A DNA stretch of 63,408 bases, the filler included, from Octopus bimaculoides (Eukaryota), in assembly GCF_001194135.2 (NCBI RefSeq). It is 9 parts of 9 records of this genome, joined end to end, with 100 filler letters (N's around TTAATTAATTAA, not from the genome) between each part and the next. Parts side by side here need not be neighbours in the genome. Positions count along the whole stretch, not along the records: positions 45,096 to 58,026 come from NC_068996.1; positions 58,127 to 63,408 come from NC_069004.1; 7 more parts are not named here. One strand, written 5' to 3'. Positions 50,263 to 63,119 of the stretch are shown piece by piece. Position 1 is the first letter of the stretch; each line of letters starts with the position of its first letter. A program made the position numbers and the translations under genes. The notes under the pieces are model-generated. The model was not told where the DNA came from and made no database searches. It saw nothing but the letters and a program-made list of their open reading frames with translations.

Positions 50263-52136
50263 NNNNNNNNNNATGTATGTATGTGTGTATGTATATATAA
50301 ATGTATGCATGTATGTATGCGTGTATGTATGTGTGTATGTATGTATGCATGTATGTATGTATGTAGGTAGGTAGGTTGGTTGGTTGGTTGGTTAAAATGG
50401 CCACTGACAAAGCTTTGTTAAGAATTTAATTTTGCAACTATAAAGTCCTGCGTTTGATCCCACCTCAGAATACCCCTTAGACTGATAGCAGTCACAAGTA
50501 TATATTATTTTTCACAATAAATAGTAAATCGATAACGGCTACAACCAAGATTGATACCAAAAAAAAAAACTCTAGCAGATTGAAAGTTTCGTACTTTCTT
50601 AGGTCACACCTCCAGCCATGAGCCTCACATTGCAGGGCTAAATTTGAAAAATTTAATGTCCTTGTATTTAAAAAAAATTATTTTCATTCTTATTTCCCCT
50701 CATTTTCAATTATATTTTTTCTTCCTAACTTCATCACATTTTTAACCATACGTTTTATTTAATTACATTTTTGCATCACAATTTTACTTCATATTTATTC
50801 TTAATTTAGTTTTCATAACAGCTTTAATTTTACGTTAAATTAGATTTTTACGTTAAAAGTAGATTTTGATGTCACTTGAACTATTAACGTTTTTGCTTCG
50901 TTGCTCATCCTTTTCTCAGTATTACTTATTATCTGATTCCTTTCCATTCTTGTTTTAATTAAAGCCTTAACAAGATTTCGTCATCCTTAAAAAGTTCATC
51001 AAAGTTTCTTTACACCCTTCCAAATGTCGAGTTACATATCTTTTTGCGACATCATTGATTCTGTTACCCCTTTTCACACATCATTTTTCAGCAAACGAGG
51101 AACCGCAAACGTTCATGATGGATATTAGCCACAACAATTTCCAGTATTTAAAGACACAGGGACTGCGAAACTTCTGACTAAATTATTTAAAACCGAAACA
51201 ACTGCCGTTCTCCTCAATACTCTTTCTTTCTTTCCATTTCTTTCATAAAGCTCTGTTTCTTGTAAATTCCACAGCTTTCTCAGATGTTTGAAATGTCAGG
51301 TTGCGTAATATTCCTTACATCGCTGTAGTTTGTTTGTTCATACCCTCCTTACTTCCAATGTAAAGCTTTGTTTCCTTAAAGCGCCACATGGTTCCTTTAT
51401 AGCCCTTCAAATGTCAACTTTCTATCTTTTGCACATCGTTGATGTTATCGGCTCACCATCCAGTATTATTCAATGTAAAGCTTTTTTTCTTTCTTCTGCT
51501 GGCCCTTTGAAATGTCAAGTTACTTTATTATCCTTTGTAAGTAACTGTTACTGTTTATCTCCACCTATTTCTAACATAAAGCTCTTGTCTCCTTTAAGCG
51601 CCACAAGCTTTCTTCAGACCCTTTCAAATGTCATACTAAACAGCTGATTTCGAATCAAACGAACTCACTAAGTTGATATAAATGTCAAAAATAAAATTAG
51701 GACATTTAGACGGCAAAATGTCATTCTCTTTAACGAATTTCTTTATACAGTTGACAAAAACAAAACCAGTCCTCCACCAACTCTGATTTAAGCAAGTTTC
51801 TTGCGTTTTCCACTGATGTATAATTTGTTCAACTAAAGTTTAAAACTAAAGAAAAACACAGCACTTATACAACTATTCTAAAAATATAAACGGAATCAAA
51901 ACGTTATTATATTAAAGACATCTAATTATATATATGTTCAAAGCTAGTAGCGGTGATTGAATGATTTAAAGAGAAGATTGTATAAATCTAATTCGAGACT
52001 ACATACACATTCAGGAATACGACAGTTGGAGACAATCAGAAGACGAACTGATCAGCATATAGCGTAGATGCAAATATTGTAAATGTGTTTTCTATAAAAT
52101 AATGTGTGTACATGTGTGTGTGTGTATGTATGTATG

Positions 52137-52179
<43 letters not shown>

Positions 52180-52356
52180 NNNNNNNNNNNNNNNNNNNNN
52201 NNNNNNNNNNNNNNNNNNNNNNNNNNNNNNNNNNNNNNNNNNNNNNNNNNNNNNNNNNNNNNNNNNNNNNNNNNNNNNNNNNNNNNNNNNNNNNNNNNNN
52301 NNNNNNNNNNNNNNNNNNNNNNNNNNNNNNNNNNNNNNNNNNNNNNNNNNNNNNNA

Positions 52357-52712
52357 CACCCACACAGATTGCACCTCTGATTTGCACTACCAATACCTGC
52401 AGGTAAGTTCTGCTCATTGTGGATCCTAACATGTCTTTTAAGACCCCCATTGGATTTGCAAACCCTCTGGCACACATCACATTCAAACGTGTGCACAGAC
52501 ATATAATCAGAATAGCTGGGTGAGGTTTGTTTTCCATGGGTTCGCAGGTGAGATTTGAGGCCAGCCAAGGACAGACATGGTCTGTCACAGACTGTGCACA
52601 CAAAAAGGTCCTTGTCATTCACCTTCTCAGTCTTCACCTTTTTCCTTAAATGTCTCTTGAGCCCTGCTTGCATCATCCTGGCCTCTTCAAATGCTTTCAC
52701 TCCACTCCACAC
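52357..52712 (-). mobile_element. RTE-like LINE C-terminus carrying tandem C2H2 zinc fingers
   Basis: GVKAFEEARMMQAGLKRHLRKK (RTE tail) followed by CTVC-x12-HLRTH, CDVC-x12-HVRIH, and a third CNLC cut by the gap. Confidence 0.62.
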
Positions 52713-53041
52713 TCCATACATACATACATACAATAGACAGAAATAATGGGTTTTATGCATATCTGAAACAGCTGTAAGACTATAATAAATAAATGTATAT
52801 AATCCATTATTTCTGTCTATTTTATGTATCACTCTGTAGAAATGCACCATCTTTAGCGGCTAAAACAGTCATGGATTTACAAATTTGGAAGGTGGTGGAC
52901 TTCGGCTTTTGATTTTGAATTACCTAAAGCACAGGACGGACCACTATTTGTCACGGTTTGCCTGGCGTAGTTTTATCTGTAGAGAGATTAACAAGTATTT
53001 TACTTGGATTACTATCCTTTGTTTATTTCTCTTTGTTTTGA

Positions 53042-53434
<393 letters not shown>

Positions 53435-54237
53435 TATATATAATTATATATATATATAAAAACGGTCCAGCATGGCCACAGCTATGAGCTGAAACTAATA
53501 AAACATATGTATGTATGTATATATGTATGTATGTATTTATGTGTGTGTGTGTGTGTATGTATGTGTGTGTGTATGTATGTACACACACACGCACATTTTG
53601 CATATAAGCTTTTAAACTATATATATGAATGCATTTATATATATACGTACATACATATATAGGTGATATATGTGTATATATTTATATATATATANNNNNN
53701 NNNNNNNNNNNNNNNNNNNNNNNNNNNNNNNNNNNNNNNNNNNNNNNNNNNNNNNNNNNNNNNNNNNNNNNNNNNNNNNNNNNNNNNNNNNNNNNNNNNN
53801 NNNNNNNNNNNNNNNNNNNNNNNNNNNNNNNNNNNNNNNNNNNNNNNNNNNNNNNNNNNNNNNNNNNNNNNNNNNNNNNNNNNNNNNNNNNNNNNNNNNN
53901 NNNNNNNNNNNNNNNNNNNNNNNNNNNNNNNNNNNNNNNNNNNNNNNNNNNNNNNNNNNNNNNNNNNNNNNNNNNNNNNNNNNNNNNNNNNNNNNNNNNN
54001 NNNNNNNNNNNNNNNNNNNNNNNNNNNNNNNNNNNNNNNNNNNNNNNNNNNNNNNNNNNNNNNNNNNNNNNNNNNNNNNNNNNNNNNNNNNNNNNNNNNN
54101 NNNNNNNNNNNNNNNNNNNNNNNNNNNNNNNNNNNNNNNNNNNNNNNNNNNNNNNNNNNNNNNNNNNNNNNNNNNNNNNNNNNNNNNNNNNNNNNNNNNN
54201 NNNNNNNNNNNNNNNNNNNNNNNNNNNNNNNNNNNNG

Positions 54238-54370
54238 TTCGGCAAAAGAGACCGATAGAATAAGTACTAGGCTTACAAAGAATAAGTCCTTGGGGTCGAT
54301 TTGCTCGACTAAAGGCGGTGCTCCAGCATGGCCACAGTCAAAAGATTGAAACAAGTAAAGGAGTAAAAGA
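54238..54370 (+). mobile_element. Bipartite SINE 3' module (a second, diverged tail lies at ~54455-54650)
   Basis: GTTCGGCAAAAGAGACCGATAGAATAAGTACTAGGCTTACAAAG...GGTGCTCCAGCATGGCCACAGTC matches the reverse complement of 15012-15150. Confidence 0.7.
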
Positions 54371-55112
54371 GTATACATACATATATATATATATATATAT
54401 ACATACATAGGTGATATACATGTATAGACGTATATATTTGTGTATATCTTTGCGCCTCACCACCACCACTTGACATTTGGTGTTTGACTTTTAACGTCTC
54501 CATACCTTAGTGTCTCGTCAAAAAGATCGATAGAATACGAACCAGACTTAAAAACGCAAGTACTGGTGTGAATTTGCTCGGCTAAGTCCATTCAAGGCGG
54601 CGCCCCAGCTTGGCCACGGTCGAACGACTGAAACAAGTAGCAAAATAAAAGAAAAAAGAGATGGTGCAAATAGGGATGGATAAATAGTTAAGAAGTACAC
54701 TTCACAATCAGGATGTCCCGAGATTGAGTCTATTGTGTGGCCTTTTTGACAAATGTCTTTCACCATAACCAAAGCCTTGCGAATGAAACCGCGTAGACAA
54801 ACTGCTTGCAAGTCCATAGATAGGGAGATATATTGCTCGATAGAGAGGACCCAGACATGTTACGTACTTTTAAACTGGTTCTGCCGGAAAATTGCATTAG
54901 ATACGTTGGTAGAATTCTGGGCCACCTAAACACTCAGCGCGTAGCTGTTACTGATAGGACACAGGAGGTCGCATCGTGAAATCGATGCTAATTCAATTCC
55001 TGCCAAATATTGCAAATATTTATAATCCTTTTAAATATGAACAATAGAAAAATGGTTAACGTAGTCTTAGAAACTACTGCTACTGCTGTTGCTGCTTCTG
55101 CTACTGCTACTG

Positions 55113-55150
<38 letters not shown>

Positions 55151-55278
55151 GTTGCTGGAGCTGTTTATTTTGAACGTATTTTGGAAGCTCAGTTTGTATC
55201 GTTTCCCAATTCAGAAATTTGCTTTTGTCGATTATATTGTTCTGTTTTGTTTCTTAGTTGGACTAGAACTATAAGGGC

Positions 55279-55318
<40 letters not shown>

Positions 55319-55599
55319 AAAAAAAAAGCAGCACCAGTGTCTGTATCGATAGCGATAGTTACAATAACAACAGCAACAACATGTCAACGAAAGAATCTCG
55401 CAAAATCGAAGGCGGAAGGAAATAGCGCTTTACCTCCATTACAGCAACAAAATGTAGCAGGACAAATAAAACCACTAACCCTGTAAAAAGCTATTACGAA
55501 AACAACAAAAGCAATAACAACAGTAGCAGGGGAAAAATAAAAAGCAACAAAAATATTTCGTTTGCCAAGATTATTAAAATTTTCGAATATATTTCACCT

Positions 55600-55930
55600 G
55601 ACGCAAACTATAAATGTTTAGAAGAGCTGGAGAAACACATCACCAGACTAGAAAAGAGAACAGTTTCGCTTAATATACGGCAGCACTTTTTTGACCAAAC
55701 AGAATGGAAAACAATTACATATCGATGCTTATCTATGAAAAAAGGGCCTTACCTTCAGACCAAGATGAACTCTGTCTCAGAAACATTTGTCTAGGCATTA
55801 ATTTTTTACGGACATAGCCATCATCACACAAAGAACTGAAAATTTTACACTATTGCCGATTAACATAGGCTGAGAGTGATCTGAAGAAAAGCCTGAAGCA
55901 AACCTCTGATGGGTGATGTATGGTTTGGAA
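55600..55930 (+). mobile_element. Possible very decayed RTE fragment
   Basis: LIYGSTFLTK and SEEKPEANL*WVMYG loosely resemble the RTE C-terminal region. Many stops. Confidence 0.3.
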
Positions 55931-56645
55931 AAAATCTTGTACGCTAAAGGAAATAGTCCGAACGGGAAATTAGGTTAAGGTTGGGTTGAATATTCTAATT
56001 CAGGTGAAAACAAAGACACTGGACAAAATCCACGATCTAATAAATATTCTAGGAGGCCCAGGAAGGTAAAAGGTTTCGATGCTACACTTGTGGAAACAGT
56101 AATTGCCCAAAGGCTTCCTGCCCTCTACAAAAATAACAGTAAATGATGGCTAAAATAAGGCTTCTACAACATCAACATCACGAACGGCAACAAGACAAAC
56201 AACTACTACAACTACAAGAACAGTATGCAACCGCAGGAGCATTTATTGCAGTACCAGTTACGAAACTAGAAGCTGCACCTACGGCAATAACTACGGATGT
56301 AGTTCAAAACGGGGGCACCAGGATTTTCTTAACGAAACACTTTGAAACTTGGGACACTGGTAGAATGTGTCCTATAAAACATCTTTTTTCTCTTAGTCTT
56401 CTTAACAAAAAAACGTACATCGCAAGTTATTTCATGTTAAAGTTGTTGTATTTCTGTAATTTCAACCAATGACTGACGTCCATTCAGCCCTAGAAATTAA
56501 GTGCTGACTACGTAAACAAGCGATTCTCGGCGGTGATAAAATTATTATTTCCTTGTCAAAAAATGGCTGAAGCATATTGGCAGTAGCTAATAAACCTTTC
56601 TATTATAGGCACAAGGCCTGGTTTTTGAGGGAAGGAGCAAGTCAA

Positions 56646-56663
56646 TTAGGGTTAGGGTTAGGG
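56646..56663 (+). repeat. (TTAGGG)3 interstitial telomere-like motif
   Basis: Three perfect TTAGGG units. Confidence 0.6.
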
Positions 56664-58592
56664 CAAATGTTGTACACATACAATTCAGGCAGATGTTAAC
56701 AAAATTATATTAAAAATAAAACGAAGGAAAACGAACACATGTGTGTTGCCTCTCTGCAAAATGTCAGAAGTAATGGAGATTAAATACGCTTTACACCGCT
56801 TAAACTGCCAAAGGAGTAACTGTAAACAGCTGAATACTTGTCAGTGATTGGTTGAAATTATCGAAATAAGACAATTTTTTACATGAAATTAATTCGAATA
56901 CAACATTTTTTTTTTCTGTTCTATAACACAAAATAGATAAGTATACGAAGTTTGAAAGTCTTTCGGTACCAAAAACACTACATAAAACATAAATGAAAAC
57001 TGGTGCCCCCGTTTTGAACTAGATCCATTTATATTGTACAGTGTTTGATACACCTGTACTTTTCTATGATAATTCCTAAAGCTGTATTTATAATATTTAT
57101 GCTTGTATGTGTGTGTGTGCGCGCTCGCACCTACGGGATCTCAGATTCACCGTAGCACTAGGCAAATGTCATTTTCTATAGTCTCAGATTACCTCTTTGT
57201 GAGTGAAATTGAGTGGATGAATATTGTATAAAAGCTCGTCCGGTGGATTGTTCAGCTGTCACACAAACACACATTGTGTTATGCTGATTGTAGAATGCTC
57301 AGGAGCTGGAAATTCAATTGGTCGAACAACTGATTCCTCATCGTTAAATGACGGAGATCCTCCACACTGTGTGCGTGTATATATGTATGCATGTATGTAT
57401 CAATGTATCTATGTATATACATTACTAAGAGGAATATGAGGAAAGGAAATCGGCGAGTGGGGCTAATTTACTTTAGGTACACCTGAAAACATATCAGCGC
57501 CTTATATTCACTAACACCTTTTAGTACTGTAGCCTATTTGAGAATATAGGGTAAAAAAGCTATAGATTAATTGACAAAACCCGGCATAACTCAAATAAGC
57601 ACTAAGTTATTATCTCATGGAAGTGTTATAAACCATAGATTTCTGTAAAAGTTTGCAAATGGGGCAACAGAGTGCAACCAGTTGAGATTTAACAAATTAT
57701 ATTCATTAACTGATATGAAATAACAACGTGATTATTTAGTCATATGTGAATTCGTCTTGACGTCAATATGTGAATCAGAAACAATTTTTCTTCATGGAGC
57801 TTAAACTCATTATGGATATTCCTTTTTTCTTTTTTTCTTACTTGCATTAATTAATGAAGTTGTAGTGGTCTACGAAATTTGTTTTATACAAATTCGTTTC
57901 TCAAATTGAATGAAAAAATTTCCTACTCTTTATTATTTCACATAGTTTAACAAGTAATTATTTTCTTCAAATACAGTTGTTAAACTTTCAAACGTATTTT
58001 TAATTGAAGAAGTAAATTTTTTTTTTNNNNNNNNNNNNNNNNNNNNNNNNNNNNNNNNNNNNNNNNNNNNTTAATTAATTAANNNNNNNNNNNNNNNNNN
58101 NNNNNNNNNNNNNNNNNNNNNNNNNNTATATATATATATATATATGTTTATATTGTGTTAATGTTCTATGAACTACAACGTTGTCTAAGACTTCGTGTAT
58201 CTCTTGTATGTGTTTTTTTTATTTTGTAGATTTGTATATTCGTGCTTCGATTCTGAGAAGTGTTATGAACAAGCAAAAATAGCAATAAAATGCTATAATG
58301 GAAAAACATTATTCTTTGATTTGTTTTTTATGTAAATAACTAAAAGCATCTATTGAACACAAAAAAACGTTATTTTTGGCTTCAATTCTCTTGCTACAAG
58401 GACGTGTAGCAGAGTGAAACTCGAGTCGCACGGTAATCTCTCAGCTTCAATTTAATAAGATAGAGACTTTGTGGATGTATCATGAAGATATATACAGATA
58501 AACTTCATTCCCTTTGCCTTGTCGGATACGTAGAGTGTTCGTTTTTGGTGAGGTGAGAATTCTGTTTATTTATATATTTTTTTTTTAACAAT

Positions 58593-58654
58593 ACTATGCT
58601 GATGAGCGAAATCTAGATTCATTCTAGTAATCGCGAAATCGGTCGATACATAGT
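58593..58654 (+). ncRNA. Type I hammerhead ribozyme with intact catalytic core
   Basis: Stem I ACTATG/CATAGT (6 bp); core CTGATGA 58599-58605; stem II GCGA/TCGC with inner CTAGA/TCTAG; GAAA 58635-58638; stem III ATC-ggtc-GAT; AUA cleavage triplet ending at 58648. Confidence 0.72.
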
Positions 58655-59541
58655 TGAGTTATTTAAAAGAAAGTTGGTTTCTTTTGAGGATTGCTTTCCT
58701 CGCATTCGGTACTAAAATGTGTTTATTTGGGAAGTCTAGTGTGTGGCATTATTCTGTAGTAATGCCCTTATATAAATATAAACGAATAATTATATTCTTG
58801 GGAATAGAAATTGTTTTACACACTGGCTTCCTGATAAAATTCTTGTAAAAGATTTTTATCCTTTTTTGAATTTATTAATCATATATATAATTATATATAT
58901 ATATACGNNNNNNNNNNNNNNNNNNNNNNNNNNNNNNNNNNNNNNNNNNNNNNNNNNNNNNNNNNNNNNNNNNNNNNNNNNNNNNNNNNNNNNNNNNNNN
59001 NNNNNNNNNNNNNNNNNNNNNNNNNNNNNNNNNNNNNNNNNNNNNNNNNNNNNNNNNNNNNNNNNNNNNNNNNNNNNNNNNNNNNNNNNNNNNNNNNNNN
59101 NNNNNNNNNNNNNNNNNNNNNNNNNNNNNNNNNNNNNNNNNNNNNNNNNNNNNNNNNNNNNNNNNNNNNNNNNNNNNNNNNNNNNNNNNNNNNNNNNNNN
59201 NNNNNNNNNNNNNNNNNNNNNNNNNNNNNNNNNNNNNNNNNNNNNNNNNNNNNNNNNNNNNNNNNNNNNNNNNNNNNNNNNNNNNNNNNNNNNNNNNNNN
59301 NNNNNNNNNNNNNNNNNNNNNNNNNNNNNNNNNNNNNNNNNNNNNNNNNNNNNNNNNNNNNNNNNNNNNNNNNNNNNNNNNNNNNNNNNNNNNNNNNNNN
59401 NNNNNNNNNNNNNNNNNNNNNNNNNNNNNNNNNNNNNNNNNNNNNNNNNNNNNNNNNNNNNNNNNNNNNNNNNNNNNNNNNNNNNNNNNNNNNNNNNNNN
59501 NNNNNNNNNNNNNNNNNNNNNNNNNNNNNNNNNNNNNNNNN

Positions 59542-59583
<42 letters not shown>

Positions 59584-59689
59584 TAGCAGTGGTAGATAAG
59601 AAATTATATCAGAGCAATGACTACAGAAAATATTTACAGAAAAGTTTCAATGAAAATAAATTTTAACAATGAGCCAAAGACTCCAGTAG

Positions 59690-60100
59690 AAAGAATAGGA
59701 CCCAGCACATTTACAAGTCGATTCTGAATTCGAAAAGACGATAGTAATGATCTCCAGAGAGCAAGAGTTCGAGAGAGAAGTGATTGGTAAGTATCAATGT
59801 TTTGACAGAGAGTACTAGACCAGAAAGTTCATCAGAACAATAATCATTAAAATAGTTATAAAAAAAGATGGAATGAAGATAAATTTCGGCGATGAGTTGA
59901 TAAGACCAACCTCGTAGAAAGAAAAGGACCCAAAATGTTAACAACGAATTTCTGAATTCTATAAAGTATGTCAAAACACTTGGAGGAGACACCAAGCCAA
60001 AGATGACAGCAATATTTAATACAAGGTAGAATCATGGAATTTGTATAAAACGCAGTGGTGCAAAGCATTTTTCTACCAAACTGGAAACCAACTTAAATTC
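59690..60100 (-). mobile_element. CR1/Jockey-like LINE thumb-region fragment
   Basis: ILPCIKYCCHLWLG...LYRIQKFVVNILG...HRRNLSS on the minus strand. Confidence 0.68.
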
Positions 60101-60124
60101 TATAAATCTTTCGGTAATATATAG

Positions 60125-60315
60125 TACTGAGTTGATGGGCGGGAAAGTACTTTATATTAGGCCCGGTGCCCAACCGGTACTTATTTTATAGACCTCCTCC
60201 ACGAAAGGGTAATAGATAAAGTAATCTTCGGTGGAATTTGAACTCAAAACATTAAAGCGGATGAAACGCCCCTCAGCATTTTGCCCTGTGTGCTAACGAT
60301 TTTATCAGCTCGCAG
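60125..60315 (-). mobile_element. Decayed copy of the same SINE family
   Basis: GGTGGAATTTGAACTCAAAAC...GCATTTTGCCCTGTGTGCTAACGATTTATCAGCTCGC aligns with 61058-61273. Confidence 0.6.
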
Positions 60316-61057
60316 AATTACATCCCAACGTAGAATGAAGCAATGTAACATGCAATACTCGATACATAAATCTTTGTCTTCTCAAAGGCAAATGTCCACT
60401 GAAAATCATTGTATTCCAGACGGATGTCAACAGATATCAATAAACCGCATCGGGCTCACAAAGCAACTCTTTCCATAGTTAACTGTTCCAGCACGGCAGC
60501 TACCCGCTTCAACGCTAACAGCAAACATATTTAGATGTCGAAAGACAAAAGATATCAGAATTTTGTGTTCAGAATTAGAAAAACCATAGGCGTTTTGGTA
60601 TATATCCGATTCCTGTAGCATCTGCATAACAGAGAAACGTTATATTATCGCCCACACGATATACTGCTATGATCTAAGAAATATATTTAAAGTCATGTCA
60701 ACTTGCCGGCACAAAGTCCATTTAATCCTTGAAAATTTCGAAAGGGATTTTCTCCCTCGATCTACAACGATGATCAATACTGCTCACACTAACAGTTGCC
60801 ATCTGATTGCTTTGAAATTCGCTGACGTGTTCATTCGATCGAAATACCTACCGAACAAAATAGCAGTTCAAGATGTGTATATTCAGCCCTTGTTTATTTC
60901 CAATACATCATTAGCATGTCCAAGAGGATACATACTGCCTACATAAAATTATATGTTGAATTATTTTTATGCATTTGTACTACAATTTAAACAAAACTAT
61001 ATATTTAAAAAAGACGTCATCAGCATATCTTGGACAGTATTAGTTAAACTATAGACA

Positions 61058-61273
61058 TTCGATTCTACTCTAGGCACAAGTCCAGAAATTTTGGGGGAGG
61101 GGACCAGTCGATTAGATCGACCCCAGTACGCAACTGGTACTTAATTTATTGACCCCGAAAAGATGAAAGGCAGAGTCGACCTCGGCGGAATTTGAACTCA
61201 GAACATAAAGACAGACGAAATACCGCTAAGCATTTCGCCCGGCGTGCTAACGTTTCTTCCAACTCACCGCCTT
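61058..61273 (-). mobile_element. Same SINE family with 15-bp TSD and a different 3' tail
   Basis: GTTAAACTATAGACA at 61043-61057 and 61274-61288. Confidence 0.82.
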
Positions 61274-62255
61274 GTTAAACTATAGACACTGAAGAATGTA
61301 TCAGACTCCTGTAGCACATAGTAGATAAAAGTCATATTAAGCATCATAATACTACATCGCCGGTAGATGGCTGAATTATTCCTTGGGAAGTTCAAAGATT
61401 CTTCGCCTCCATCTCCACCGACAACCTACACTGCTTACACTACCAGGTGTCATCTCATTGCCTTTTTGTAACGCTGACATGTACAGTTCAAGATGCATAT
61501 ACGGAATGCTTATTTATCTCCAATATATCATTAACATGCATAAGAGGGCACGTTCTTAAAACAAAATTATATATTGACTTGTTTTTATGTTTTTGTACTA
61601 CAGCTTAAACAAAACTGTGTATTTATATCCACTATGTGTTTCAGAAGAGAGAGAGAAAGCAATGCAGGAGTGTATATGAAAGACAAAGAACGAGAGAGAG
61701 GGAACGATAGCATTGCGAATATAAGGTATGCAGCTGTTGAAGCTCTATTAATATTCATGTGTGGAGGACGGTGGTTTGTTTTAAGTGTGTTTTATGTATT
61801 GCTTTTTATCTGTGTATTTTTTTCTTCGTAATTTTCTTATTTTACTGTCGTCTGCGTTGGTGAGAAAAAGGACATACATATTTCATTACAGTACCGTTGT
61901 TTGTGTTGCTGTTGGTGTCGCTGCTGTCGTTGTTGTTATTATTATTTTTATTATTGTTGTTGTTTTTTTTTAAAAAAACTGAACCACCAACTGAAAAATC
62001 GATGAATTTGGTTGTTGTTTTTTTTCTTTCTGTTAGGTATCTGTGATCAACATCTGATAACATTCAATAAAATATTTTTTGCAGTCAGAGATCGGCAAAT
62101 TTAACGCCATTCCGTTCAAAGACACTGTTGCAATTACACAGTCATAATATGTAACCGTATCGATTCCATCGATTCTCGCAGTTGTGTTCCAAGTCAAGTG
62201 GCTGACACACTGCCCTTACACTGGCACATTATATCCCTCACATCTTCATTATTAT

Positions 62256-62326
<71 letters not shown>

Positions 62327-62384
62327 TCATCATCATCATCATTATTATCGTTGCAAAATTCTCTCTTGGTCTCCTTCTATTCCT

Positions 62385-62437
<53 letters not shown>

Positions 62438-63072
62438 GCGCTCTCCCTCTCTCTTTCTCTTTTGCGCTCTCTCTCTCTTTTGCGCTCTCTCTCTTTTGCG
62501 CTCTCTCTCTCTCTCTCTCTCTCTCTTCTGCGCTCTCCTCTCACTCTCTCTTTCTCTCTATTTTCATCTGTCTTGCCTAATATTTACATATTCATATGCT
62601 ATCGACTATTTTTCATTTCTGATCAAAATTTATTCCACCAGTAAAACGAGATTCTAACATAATGAATAGCGATTTATTTTTACGACGGATTGTTCAACAG
62701 TCGTGACAATTTCTCCTATCACCCCCCCCCCNNNNNNNNNNNNNNNNNNNNNNNNNNNNNNNNNCTCTGTCTCTCTCTATTTCTTTCTCTCCAAAGTAGA
62801 CAAGCCACTAAATTAATACCGTTGTCTCACACAGGTTATTTACCTTGAATTTATTACCCAGAACTAAGGATTTCAGTGACATCACTAATAATAGCTTTGT
62901 GAGGTCGGAGTTGGCTGCGAATAAATACGCTACAACACAGCGTATCAGCATATACGCACCTTGATTTTCTATCAACAGACGTATATATGGTTATATACAC
63001 ACATTGATTGTGTGACCTTTAAGAACACGGAAAAAAACCGTTAGTTTCACTTCAATATTTATATTTAATTTG

Positions 63073-63119
63073 TGTCAAAATATTTTCGTCGCTTTGAAAC
63101 CGCGACCTGTTCACTGACA
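63073..63119 (-). ncRNA. Minimal type I hammerhead-like motif with G3-C8 compensatory core variant
   Basis: Minus strand reads TGTCA-GTGAACA-G-GTCGC-ggtttcaaa-GCGAC-GAAA-ATATTT|TGACA. Stem I 5 bp, stem II 5 bp, palindromic AATATT at stem III, UUU triplet ending at 63078. Confidence 0.55.
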
